From: an uncultured bacterium
GTDB lineage: Bacteria; Electryoneota; Tariuqbacteria; Tariuqbacterales; Tariuqbacteraceae
Length of the DNA stretch: 64,000 nt
Assembly: GCA_964421875.1 (NCBI GenBank)
Contig: CAYQZD010000003.1
Location: 2,843-66,842 of the forward strand
Direction of reading: 5' to 3'
Every line of letters begins with the position of its first letter. The first letter of the stretch is position 1. Below, one piece after another: positions 8,408 to 17,782 of this stretch. The position numbers and the translations under genes were made by a program. Below the pieces are notes generated by a model. The model made no database searches. It was not told where the DNA came from and saw nothing but the letters and a program-made list of their open reading frames with translations.

Positions 8408-8512
8408 TGTTACTGTTCTCCGTTCTCTGTTCTCCGTTCTCTGTTCTCCGTTCTCCGTTCTCCGTTCTCTGTCTTCGGTTCTCGGTTTTCGGTCTTCGGC
8501 GCTCGGTGCTCA
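8408..8512. repeat. 7-nt tandem array B (GTTCTCY grading to GTYTTCG), 15 units
   Basis: A G opens every unit at 8415, 8422, ... 8506 without a phase slip. The array ends 1 nt before the stop codon (8514-8516) of the AP-family lipoprotein gene. Confidence 0.9.
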
Positions 8513-8513
8513 T

Positions 8514-10499
8514 CTACTGAAATATCGGTTCCCCCACCATATCGTCCGGGATGTCAATCCCGAACTCAGTAAGTATGGTGGCGGTCAAATCGTAGAGCGC
8601 GGGGGCTTCTTTGTCGATATGGCGGTTGGACAGCAGCACACCGGGCACCCATTGATTGTCCACACAGTGGTCGCCGCTCCAGCGGTCCTGGTTATCGGAA
8701 TAGATATGACGCGGAAATTTACCCAGCACCGTATCCCAGGAAGCCCGGTAGCCGGTGTTATAGCCCACTATGAGGTCGGGAGCGTTGGGAACGTCGGCGC
8801 CGCGGTAAGCTTCCTCCCTCTTCCAGACCCGGGAGATGGGATGCTGTCCGGTGCGGGGGTCGATAGCGGCGGTGAGTTTTTCTACCAGCTCTTCCTTGAG
8901 TTCCTCGGCTTCCGCCCGGGAGACATTACCGCCGCTTTCGCGGCCCCTTATATTGAGATAAAGGCTGTTGATGCCCAATCCATAAGCTTTGGTCTTGCGC
9001 CAGTTCACCCCGGGGAAAAATTCCCTACCGCGCCCTGAAGTGTCCTTCAGCGAAATATAACCATTATCCAGCAGCCAGGTGTTGAGGTCGAAGCAGTACC
9101 TGAAGGGCGCGAAACCGTGGTCGGACATTATCAGCAGTAAATCTTCGGGATTCATTTCGCTCAGCACACGCCCTAAAACCTCATCCATCGTCCGATAAAA
9201 CTCCATCAAACGCCAGCCGTATTTGTGCTCCAGCTCGCTTTGATAAAGCGGGTGTTCCCGGTCGAAGGTGGACCATAGGCTGTGGCTGTTCTGGTCCAAG
9301 GTGGAAAAGTAGAAGAGATAGAAACCGTCTTTAAAATTGCGCCAGGTGTAATCGAATTCCCGCAAACGGTCTTCCAGCACCAACTCCGCCTGTTGAATGA
9401 ACTCGTCATAAGTGAGATACCCGGCGGAGAGGGCTTTGGTGTCCTCCGGGATACCAAGGGTGTAAAAGTAACCCAGGTTTTGATAAAGCTCCTTCGTGTA
9501 TTCCGGCGGAGTGGACAGCGGCAAAGCGGGATCTGCGGGATTCAGGTTCACCGGACTGCAGTAAAGTTCCAGGTGCGGTTTTGTCCTCCGCAGGTAAAAG
9601 CGCACAATACCGGAAGCGGAGGCGATGGATTTCAACAATTCGAATTTCACTTCCACCCAATCGCTCCATTCGCCCGGCTTAAGGATGAAATCGCTCTCCC
9701 CCGTTTTGATGCGGGCGATATCTTCATAGGGATCGATGTAAATCGACACCGGCGCAACCGCGGTCGGTTCCTCTTTAAGCAGCGAGTTGGGGGGACCTTC
9801 GATCGCAGTTTCCACCATCCCCTCCTCGATTTTCACCATCGCAACCTCGCCGCCGGCGATATCATCCTGATAAAGCGAGGAATCGTCGGTGAAAAAGGTG
9901 AAAATACCATAGGAGCCGAGGATATCGGGGGTGCCCATCCCGGAAAAGGTCTTAGCTTCAGTCTCAGCCGGGGGAAAATTCGCCGGGATTTTAAACAACA
10001 CCGAGGGTATCCCCTGCTCCTCCAATATCTGCCAGAAAGCTTTGCCTTTGCGGTAAAGCACCGCTTCACCGCCCTTCAGGGGGATGCGGTATTTGCCCAG
10101 TTTCAGGATATTCGAGGGGGGCGTCATTCCGCTGGTGGATAAATAAGGGATGCGGGATTGAGGTTCGCGGTGGATAAAGTCATAGATTCCGTGCCCGCCG
10201 GGATTCATTCCGGTGATGAAATTAGACCAAGCCACCGGGCTTTGCGGAGGAACGCTGGTGGTCAATTCCTTGAAAGAGCCTTCAGCCGCCAGCCGGCTGA
10301 AGTTGGGCATCACGCCGCGCTCCATAAAATTGGTCAAGAGTTTGGGGTCCATCCCGTCGATGCCCAGCACAATCACCCGCTTCCCCACTGGTTTGAAATC
10401 CCCTCCGCCGCAGGAAATCAGGAAGAGCGTTAAAAGAAATAGCGGGGTGATTAACCACCCCTCGAGAAATAGTCGGTGTTTATTTCGAAATCTTATCAT
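8514..10499 (-). CDS. Alkaline phosphatase superfamily protein (nucleotide pyrophosphatase/phosphodiesterase-like), lipoprotein
   Basis: 661 aa. VIVLGIDGMDPKLL metal-site motif, SDHGF, WSGDHCVD. N-terminal lipobox LFLISCGGG. Paralog of the upstream gene, with a 20-nt overlap. Confidence 0.8.
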   Translation of the reverse strand: MIRFRNKHRLFLEGWLITPLFLLTLFLISCGGGDFKPVGKRVIVLGIDGMDPKLLTNFMERGVMPNFSRLAAEGSFKELTTSVPPQSPVAWSNFITGMNPGGHGIYDFIHREPQSRIPYLSTSGMTPPSNILKLGKYRIPLKGGEAVLYRKGKAFWQILEEQGIPSVLFKIPANFPPAETEAKTFSGMGTPDILGSYGIFTFFTDDSSLYQDDIAGGEVAMVKIEEGMVETAIEGPPNSLLKEEPTAVAPVSIYIDPYEDIARIKTGESDFILKPGEWSDWVEVKFELLKSIASASGIVRFYLRRTKPHLELYCSPVNLNPADPALPLSTPPEYTKELYQNLGYFYTLGIPEDTKALSAGYLTYDEFIQQAELVLEDRLREFDYTWRNFKDGFYLFYFSTLDQNSHSLWSTFDREHPLYQSELEHKYGWRLMEFYRTMDEVLGRVLSEMNPEDLLLIMSDHGFAPFRYCFDLNTWLLDNGYISLKDTSGRGREFFPGVNWRKTKAYGLGINSLYLNIRGRESGGNVSRAEAEELKEELVEKLTAAIDPRTGQHPISRVWKREEAYRGADVPNAPDLIVGYNTGYRASWDTVLGKFPRHIYSDNQDRWSGDHCVDNQWVPGVLLSNRHIDKEAPALYDLTATILTEFGIDIPDDMVGEPIFQ

Positions 10500-12642
10500 C
10501 TTGTTCGTCCGTTATAGTCGTATCCATTGATTCATTTCCCCCCTGCAAAGTCTGCGCTCGCATCAAAGGACGGCCCTCCATATAGGAGGGCGTTTCGACG
10601 CCCAATATATCGAGGACAGCGGGGCCTATATCCATCAGGTGCGGATTGTCGAGGTCGATTTTCTTATTCGAAAAAAATATCCCCGGCGCTTGCGTGGGTT
10701 CCACCGCATGGTCGCCGCTCCAGCGCTTGATATTGTCGCTGAAAACCGGGCCTGTGGGGTCGCCGGTGACCGAGTTCCAGGAGATACGGTAACCGGGATT
10801 GAAGCCGAACATCAGGTCGGGCCCGTTGACAGCGTAGGGTCCTGAACCGGTTTCGGCGATGTCATAGACGCGGTTAATGGCGGTTTCACCGCTATCCGGA
10901 TCCTTCAAGCCTGATAATTTCTCTATTAACTCGCGTTTGAGGGATTCGTATTCTTCCCCCGGCTCCACTATCCCTTTCCCTTCGCGCCCCTTGAGGTTGA
11001 TGAAAAAGCCGCCCAGCCCTACGCCATAAGCCTTAGTCCGGCTCCAATCGACATCCAGGAAAAAGTCGCCTCCTTCGGCGCCGTCTTTTAAAAACAGATA
11101 CCCGTTTTCCCTGAGCCAGGCGTTAACGCTGAAACAGCGCCGGAAGGACTTGAAACCGTGGTCGGAGATGACCATTAAAACCTCGTCTTCACCCATTTTC
11201 TCCCGGGTTCTCCCCAATAAATCGTCCACCTTCCGGTACATCTCTTCGACAGGATCGAAATCGACGCCGGGCGGTTGAACCGCATTAGCGGGGTGGTCCG
11301 GCTCCAAACAGCGCCAGAACATATGCTGGATGCGGTCGGAAGTGTCGAACACGCAGACTACCAGTCCCGTCCTGTTCATCTTCAAAGCGTGGAAAAACAT
11401 CTTTTCCCGCTCAAGGTGGTTCATCCAGGTCTGACGAAGGAAAGATTCGTCGTCGATGACACCTTCGTTCAGCGCCCAGGTGTCTTCAGCCAGCCCTAAA
11501 GTGGCGAAGGAACCCTGCAGTTTAGCCAGATATGCCGAGTAATAGACGGGATGTGAAACCGGCAGGGAAGGCTTTTCCGGATCGATATTGATGGGGGACA
11601 TATAGAGTACGAGTTCCGGTTCCAGCCGGGTTAGAAAGAAGCGGGTGACGCCGGAGGCTTTCATTCCGGGTCCGGGGCTGAAGACAACTTTAATCCAGTC
11701 GGTGTATTCACCTTGATTCAGCTTCAGGATTTTCCCGTTCAGTTTCAGCCTGACCGAATCGTTGCCCTTGTATATGGCAAGCGGTATCTTCATCTCTTGC
11801 GGCGGATCGGTGAGGGAATTTAGGGGCCCTGGGATATAGGTCTCGATAGAATCGTTGTTCCACTTCACGGCTATACGCTGGCCGCCGGTGTGCTCCATAA
11901 CCGCGTCTGCGGTGGAATAGCAGGTGAAGGTCCCCTGCGTTCCTTTGAGGTCGGGGACGCACATCCCGGAGATTGAGAGACCGTAAAACTTTTCCGGGGG
12001 GAAGGTGATGGGAACTCGGAGGACAGTGGAAAAAACTCCTTTTTCGCCCAGGACTTTCCAGAAGGGCTTACTCTTTCGCAGCAGCCTCACCACCGGCTTG
12101 CCTTTGGGAAGACGCAGTTTTCCGATTTTCCAATACCCCGAAGCTCCCCCAATGATGGAAGACGAGAGGATGGGCGCGTAGGTCTTCAAGTCGCGGTTCA
12201 GGAAGTCGAAAATGTTATGTTTCGAGGGATTGACGCCGGTCTGGAACGAGGACCAGGCTACGGGTGAAACCGAGGGGAAGGTAGTCCCCAAGCGGTGAAA
12301 ACACCCCTCATCCGCCAGGCGTTGGAATTGGGGCATCTTGCCCTGAGAAATGAATTTTTCCGTCAGGTCAGGATCTAAGCCGTCCAATCCCAGTATCACA
12401 ACCCTGCGGGCGCGGGGATTTTTAGGCCCCCCCCCTACTCTGATTCTGTGATAAATGAACCACACAGGCCAAACCAGCAGAAACAGTGGGGCGATAAGAA
12501 TGACTAAAAAGATGATGAGGAAGGAGTAAAGGAAAGCGAAGCCCGCACCGGGCCCAATATAGGCATAGGCGGCGTTAGACACGCCTAAGATAAACAATAG
12601 GGAGGCAAGAACCACCGCCCATCTACGATTGATACTACTCAA
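10480..12642 (-). CDS. Alkaline phosphatase superfamily protein (nucleotide pyrophosphatase/phosphodiesterase-like), membrane anchored
   Basis: 720 aa. Two N-terminal TMs, VVILGLDGLDPDLTEKF, SDHGFKSF, WSGDHAVEP. Collinear similarity to 8514-10499. Confidence 0.8.
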   Translation of the reverse strand: MSSINRRWAVVLASLLFILGVSNAAYAYIGPGAGFAFLYSFLIIFLVILIAPLFLLVWPVWFIYHRIRVGGGPKNPRARRVVILGLDGLDPDLTEKFISQGKMPQFQRLADEGCFHRLGTTFPSVSPVAWSSFQTGVNPSKHNIFDFLNRDLKTYAPILSSSIIGGASGYWKIGKLRLPKGKPVVRLLRKSKPFWKVLGEKGVFSTVLRVPITFPPEKFYGLSISGMCVPDLKGTQGTFTCYSTADAVMEHTGGQRIAVKWNNDSIETYIPGPLNSLTDPPQEMKIPLAIYKGNDSVRLKLNGKILKLNQGEYTDWIKVVFSPGPGMKASGVTRFFLTRLEPELVLYMSPINIDPEKPSLPVSHPVYYSAYLAKLQGSFATLGLAEDTWALNEGVIDDESFLRQTWMNHLEREKMFFHALKMNRTGLVVCVFDTSDRIQHMFWRCLEPDHPANAVQPPGVDFDPVEEMYRKVDDLLGRTREKMGEDEVLMVISDHGFKSFRRCFSVNAWLRENGYLFLKDGAEGGDFFLDVDWSRTKAYGVGLGGFFINLKGREGKGIVEPGEEYESLKRELIEKLSGLKDPDSGETAINRVYDIAETGSGPYAVNGPDLMFGFNPGYRISWNSVTGDPTGPVFSDNIKRWSGDHAVEPTQAPGIFFSNKKIDLDNPHLMDIGPAVLDILGVETPSYMEGRPLMRAQTLQGGNESMDTTITDEQDDKISK

Positions 12643-12722
12643 GTCTTTCAGCGCTGTTAAAAATGATAATCGATACTATTACTATATAATAGGTAAACCA
12701 ATATAATTATACCTGAACTCTT

Positions 12723-14531
12723 TTATTTCTGTTCCCCGTTATCCTCATCCATCGGAAACAAAAGCTCATCATCCTCGTAAACCTCAACTTTCCCCTGGCT
12801 TGGGGCGAGTTGGCGGGTTTTTCCTTCCATCACAACTTTAGTCTTGGCCGTGACCCGCTCTTTGACTACTATCATCTTTTTCTCTTTCCCTGCAGAGCGC
12901 ATTTTGCGGCGGAGTCTGATGCTCTCCACCTCTTTGTCTTTGACAATCCTCCTTAGAGGTTCAATAGAAGTGAGAAGCCTTTTATAACTTTCAACTTTCG
13001 ACTGAGGCAGGGACTTCAATCCTTGAGTCTTCTTCAGCATAGTGGTGAATTTCAGCAGCATCTGCTGCACGTTCTGCGGAAAGACTTCATTGACAATGTC
13101 CTCACCGAAAAGCTGAACCATTTTCGACAGGTTTTTCCTGGCTTCAACGATGAAATCGGAGTTTTCTTTGATTTTCTTCTCTAAGAAATCCTGCATCCCC
13201 ACACAGATAGTGGCGGTAATACCATCTTCATCGGCTCCCAGTTCATCGACGGAAACCTGTTCACCGGCGTTGATTTCGCCGCCCATTATCTTGTCCGCAA
13301 TGATTCTTTTTCCTGAGACCTTGGCGCCGGTTATCTGCTTGGCGATAACACTTTCACTGGCAGACACATCACCGCCTTCGATTTCGCTTTTGGCGATAAT
13401 GTTGCGGTTGGAAGCGAGGGTCACGTTTTTAACAATACCGCTTACCACTATGTCGTCTGTAGCCAGAATAGTGGAGTTCTCGCCTACATCGCCTTCGATG
13501 TGTATTTCACCGGAGGAGACGATTCTGGAACCCATCTTAAGCTTGCCCTTAATTTCCACCGATTCTCTGGTGGTGATGTCGATGGTTTCATCGGTAGCTT
13601 CGATTACCAGCATAGGATCGATGCGGACGGCTATTTTCGAGGGGATGATTTTTTCGCCGGCGGGAGTCATAAACGAGCGTTCTTCACGCCTGATTACCAC
13701 CAACCCTTCGAGGTCAGCGTAGAGGGTGTTGCCGTCGCCGCTGGCGTGGACGTTTTTACCGGCTTCTATGATGATTTTCAGACCTTTACCCGGAGGAATT
13801 TTTCGTCCCTTAACTGTTATACCTTCACTTTTTCCGTCCGATGGCGGAGTCATAGTGCATAAGATATCGCCCCGGCCGGCTTTTCGAGAACTGATATATT
13901 CCTCAATATTATCCATGGATGGCTGGGCAGCGAAATAAAACTCCACTTCCGCGTCTCTGCCTGCATCGGGGAAGTTACCCTGGGCGAGTCTGACGCCGTA
14001 CAAGGGCGCCCGTTTCTTATAGATCTCCTTAATCGCTTCGGTTACGGCTTCCCGGTCGATAAAATCCTCGACCACGCCTTCGTGTTTCAAGTAATTGATC
14101 AGACGGTCCTCGGTGATTTCATTCTCGAATTCGTCAAGCATATACAGTTCCGCGTAACAAACCATTTCATTGTAAGGTATTCCCCTCGGCGAAAGGGCGG
14201 ACTTGAAACTGAACTTAGGACGTCCCTTGTCGAGCGTGACTCTTTCCAGCTTGACTCTGGTCAACACCCCGCCCGCGGTGATTTCCTTATCCACCAATTC
14301 TTTATAGCGGATACTATAGGAAGGGAGGTCGTATCTACTGACAATCGCTTCCTTGACCTGCTGTAACCTCTGGGAGAGAATCTCCTCCGAAACATCCTCG
14401 ACTCTCCAGAAAAGCTCTACCAGCCAAGTATGATAGGAATGGGAGACAACCCTAACATCCTTCAGACCAAGCTGTTTCGGCTTTTTACCGCTCTCTATGT
14501 CTCTATTTCTTTTCAGAGGCATGGTCAACAA
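12723..14531 (-). CDS. FapA/DUF342 family protein
   Basis: 602 aa. Beta-helix-like repeats (GDVGENSTILATDDIVVSGIVKNVTLASNRNIIAKSEIEGGDVSASESVIAKQITGAKVSG) followed by a C-terminal coiled coil, as in DUF342. Confidence 0.65.
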   Translation of the reverse strand: MLTMPLKRNRDIESGKKPKQLGLKDVRVVSHSYHTWLVELFWRVEDVSEEILSQRLQQVKEAIVSRYDLPSYSIRYKELVDKEITAGGVLTRVKLERVTLDKGRPKFSFKSALSPRGIPYNEMVCYAELYMLDEFENEITEDRLINYLKHEGVVEDFIDREAVTEAIKEIYKKRAPLYGVRLAQGNFPDAGRDAEVEFYFAAQPSMDNIEEYISSRKAGRGDILCTMTPPSDGKSEGITVKGRKIPPGKGLKIIIEAGKNVHASGDGNTLYADLEGLVVIRREERSFMTPAGEKIIPSKIAVRIDPMLVIEATDETIDITTRESVEIKGKLKMGSRIVSSGEIHIEGDVGENSTILATDDIVVSGIVKNVTLASNRNIIAKSEIEGGDVSASESVIAKQITGAKVSGKRIIADKIMGGEINAGEQVSVDELGADEDGITATICVGMQDFLEKKIKENSDFIVEARKNLSKMVQLFGEDIVNEVFPQNVQQMLLKFTTMLKKTQGLKSLPQSKVESYKRLLTSIEPLRRIVKDKEVESIRLRRKMRSAGKEKKMIVVKERVTAKTKVVMEGKTRQLAPSQGKVEVYEDDELLFPMDEDNGEQK

Positions 14532-14644
14532 CCTTCTAAGTGACAGAATAATATTGCGGCAAAAACATCAATCGCAAGGCTAACTCGGATCTATCTGTAA
14601 AGTATTCAACAGAATACCTGTACTGAGTGAAAGCACAATGGGAA

Positions 14645-15847
14645 TCACTCCCGATTCTCTTCATCATTGCCTCTTTTAGTCACCATATCCGACATAAATT
14701 CGTATTGCTCCGTAAGCAGTCTGGCTAAGAAATCGTACTGTTTCTTCACAAATATCATCACAAATCCCATAAAGGCGAAGATGATGACGGTTTCGCCCAA
14801 AATTAATCCGGCGTCGAGCAGGGTTGTATGCTTGAGGATGAAACCGTTAATCCCCAGGCATATCGCCACCAGGTGAATAACCTGAACTGTCTGACGCTTA
14901 CCGAACCCCATATCCGCCAGACGGTGGTGAAAATGGTCCTTCCCCGTGAAATGAAGCCATTGACTGACACTTCTTACCTTACCCATACGGATACGCATAA
15001 TCGTGGTCATTGTCATATCGAAAATCGGTATCGATAAAATAATGATAGGAACAATCACAGCCACGTAATTGTCCACCGCCCAGTCGCCGGTGAGAGCGAT
15101 GCCGGCCAGGATAAAGCCTAAAAAGGTCGAACCGGTATCCCCCAGAAAAATCAGAGCCGATTTACCCTTCCGAAAATTATAGGGCAGAAAACCGAGGCAG
15201 GCTCCGCAAAGCACCGCAGAAAGGAACATAAAGAAGGGCTGGCCGGTCCTGAAGGCTATTATGGCAAAGAAAAACGAATTAATAGAGGAAAGCCCCACAC
15301 AAAGCCCGTCCATCCCGTCGAGGAAATTCATAGCGTTAGCAAGGCCGATGAACCAAATATAAGTGAGGAAAATTTCAAGCCCGTTCCCCCACCAGGTATC
15401 GGGGAGGAAACTCATCCTGGCTCCCGCCCATATAGCGACGGAGGCGGCGGCGAGCTGCACCAGAATCCTGACTTTTGCCGAGACGTTGTATTTATCGTCG
15501 AGCAGACCGATTCTCACCAGCATCGCGCCGCCGATAGAAACTCCTTTCTGCGCCAGTGAAAAGTCGAAATTGTAAATTGTAACCACTGCGAATGAGACGA
15601 AAATTGCCAGCCCTCCCCACAACGGCGTAGGACGGGAATGCACCTTACGCGCCGAAGGTGAGTCCAGAACCTTGAGCAGTTTTGCCACCTTGATAACGAT
15701 AGGAGTAAGGAAGTAGGACAGCGAGGCGGAAAAGACCAAGAGGTAAAAGGGCCTCAACGCCCAGTTGGTGACAAAATAGCTTCTCAAGGGAGGCAGAAAC
15801 ATTACCAGTGAAACAATCCCGGCGATAATTACAAGCGGCTTTTTCAA
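14645..15847 (-). CDS. Polyprenyl-phosphate N-acetylhexosamine-1-phosphate transferase (MraY/WecA family)
   Basis: 400 aa polytopic. NAMNFLDGMDGL, LGDTGSTFLGF and DKYNV motifs. Confidence 0.9.
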   Translation of the reverse strand: MKKPLVIIAGIVSLVMFLPPLRSYFVTNWALRPFYLLVFSASLSYFLTPIVIKVAKLLKVLDSPSARKVHSRPTPLWGGLAIFVSFAVVTIYNFDFSLAQKGVSIGGAMLVRIGLLDDKYNVSAKVRILVQLAAASVAIWAGARMSFLPDTWWGNGLEIFLTYIWFIGLANAMNFLDGMDGLCVGLSSINSFFFAIIAFRTGQPFFMFLSAVLCGACLGFLPYNFRKGKSALIFLGDTGSTFLGFILAGIALTGDWAVDNYVAVIVPIIILSIPIFDMTMTTIMRIRMGKVRSVSQWLHFTGKDHFHHRLADMGFGKRQTVQVIHLVAICLGINGFILKHTTLLDAGLILGETVIIFAFMGFVMIFVKKQYDFLARLLTEQYEFMSDMVTKRGNDEENRE

Positions 15848-15879
15848 GGTCGTTCTCGTTGATTGCTCTTTATTTCTGT

Positions 15880-16917
15880 TTACAGACTACTTCCAATCTT
15901 TTTTAAAGCCCTGCACACATTCTCCACCTCTTCATCGTTCAAATCGGGATAGCAGGGAATCGAGACCGCGGTCCTATGAATTTCTTCCGTCCCTAAAAAT
16001 CCTTCCAAACCGAGGTAACGGTGAATCGGATTGAACACCGGACACGCGGCGGTCACTCCCTCGTCTCGGAAACAGTTAATCACCTCCGGAATTTCATCGC
16101 AAAATATCAGATATCTAAAATATATATCACCTTCCGGTCGGTGAACTCTGCGAAATCCGGTCTCATCGACCGCTCTGTTATACCGTTCCGCAATGAACTG
16201 CCGCCGCTTGATGAAATCCGGCAGTTTTCCCAACTGAACTCTCGCTATCGCCGCCTGAATTTCGGTCATCTTATAGTTGAAGCGGGGATAGTATTGAGCT
16301 TTATGGTCGTAATCTCTCAAGTCGCGCATCCACGCCAGCAGCTCCCCACTATCAGACGCCACCGCACCGCCCTCGCCGGCGCAGAGAACCTTGGTGGCAT
16401 AGAATGAAAACACCGAAATTTCCCCGATGGTTCCCGTCAATTTTGAACCAATACGCGCGCCAATAGACTGCGCGCAGTCCTCCACCACTCGAATTTCCAA
16501 CTCCTTGATTTTATCCGCGGGAGCCGGCGTTCCAAACATATGGGGGAGGATAACGGTATCTGCAGCGCTGCTGATTCTCCGCTTCAAATCGGTAACATCG
16601 ATGTTGCCGGAGACCGGGTCAACATCGCAGACAGAGGGTTCTGCGCCGCAATAGTTGACCGCATTCAGCAATGCGTTGCATACATAAGAGGGAATATGCA
16701 CCCGCGAATCCCCCTTAACACCCAAAGCCAACAGCGCCAGATGCAGACCCGCGGTGCCGCTGGAAACCGCCGCCGCTCCCTTAACTCCTAAGAACCGGGC
16801 GAGTTCACGTTCCAACGCTTCAACTTCGGAGCCCTGGGACACAAATCCAGACATAATCACTTTCTGCGCAGCGGCCGCCTCTTCTGGACCAATCGAAGGT
16901 CTGGAGTGGGGAATCAT
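15880..16917 (-). CDS. DegT/DnrJ/EryC1/StrS family sugar aminotransferase
   Basis: 345 aa. SGTAGLHLALLALG, VVEDCAQSIGA, FSFYATKVLCAGEGG (PLP lysine context). Confidence 0.9.
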   Translation of the reverse strand: MIPHSRPSIGPEEAAAAQKVIMSGFVSQGSEVEALERELARFLGVKGAAAVSSGTAGLHLALLALGVKGDSRVHIPSYVCNALLNAVNYCGAEPSVCDVDPVSGNIDVTDLKRRISSAADTVILPHMFGTPAPADKIKELEIRVVEDCAQSIGARIGSKLTGTIGEISVFSFYATKVLCAGEGGAVASDSGELLAWMRDLRDYDHKAQYYPRFNYKMTEIQAAIARVQLGKLPDFIKRRQFIAERYNRAVDETGFRRVHRPEGDIYFRYLIFCDEIPEVINCFRDEGVTAACPVFNPIHRYLGLEGFLGTEEIHRTAVSIPCYPDLNDEEVENVCRALKKIGSSL

Positions 16918-17546
16918 GGGATATTTAGAAACAGCCTGGTGGATTCAAAACCTTCGGCATAGCGCACCCTGGCCTGCAGCCCTCGGAACACCGCCGATGA
17001 ATTCGCCATATCGAGTATTGAAGTTCCGTAGATGTTGGTCTTCAGCATCTGGGAACCGTGAGCCTTCAAGGTCATCATTTTCCGCTCCAAAACATCCTCG
17101 ATATTGACGAAGACATTGGGTTGAAACGAAGGAAGGGTGGTTGGGGTTTCATAAAAGAGCAGGTTGCCAGTGTTGCGGGCGGCGGATTTCACTATAAGGG
17201 AAAGGATACGGTGGTCCTGGTGCGTGTCGTCCCCGCAGCAACAGAAAACTACCTCCGGCTTGACCTTTTTGAAAATATCTTCCACTTTTCCTATGGTTTC
17301 AGCGTCCACCCGCAGTTGTGTATCGCGGAATCCCCCCCAGAAAATTTCCTTGATTCCCATTATCACGCCGGATTCGGTCTGTTCCCGCCTCCGAGTTTCC
17401 GGTTCTCCCCCAACATCCCCTTGTGTCATCAACATCAAATAAACATTGTGCCCCTTGTTGGCGTATTTGATGAGGGTTCCAGCGACACCGAATTCAAGGT
17501 CGTCAGGATGGGGACCCATACAGAGAATGTTCATTAACAGGCTCAC
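16914..17546 (-). CDS. PIG-L/LmbE family deacetylase
   Basis: 210 aa. GPHPDDLEFGVAGTL and HQDH motifs. 4-nt overlap with the DegT gene. Confidence 0.9.
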   Translation of the reverse strand: MSLLMNILCMGPHPDDLEFGVAGTLIKYANKGHNVYLMLMTQGDVGGEPETRRREQTESGVIMGIKEIFWGGFRDTQLRVDAETIGKVEDIFKKVKPEVVFCCCGDDTHQDHRILSLIVKSAARNTGNLLFYETPTTLPSFQPNVFVNIEDVLERKMMTLKAHGSQMLKTNIYGTSILDMANSSAVFRGLQARVRYAEGFESTRLFLNIP

Positions 17547-17650
17547 GGATGTATTTGTTGTTTAGTAACAGTTTACATATATGAAGTTAGCATCAACACG
17601 CTGTTATTCCAGCTTGTCTGGAATCTGACAGCAGGAAAATTCTAAGTTCA

Positions 17651-17683
17651 GATTCCCGACGCGCTTCGCTTGCGGGAATGACA
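17651..17683 (-). repeat. ATTC/GAAT-clamped hairpin unit (inverted orientation)
   Basis: gattcccgacgcgcttcgcttgcgggaatgaca is the reverse complement of TGTCATTCCCGCAAGCGAAGCGCGTCGGGAATC. A second small unit, ATTCCAGcttgtCTGGAAT, lies at 17606-17624. Confidence 0.75.
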
Positions 17684-17782
17684 AAATAGCAAAGCGCTTC
17701 ATAAACCTAAAGTAATAGGTTGTCGATAACGATTATCTCAAAGCTCAACAGACATATGAGATTATGTCCGCCGCAGGCTGAC

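Noticed and set aside
8408-8512. Tandem arrays (here and at 32257, 56860, 43411 and elsewhere) considered as CRISPR arrays
   Set aside because: The period is 7-10 nt with no unique spacers. Units are contiguous and vary only by point substitutions. No cas genes or leader-like sequence are in the window.
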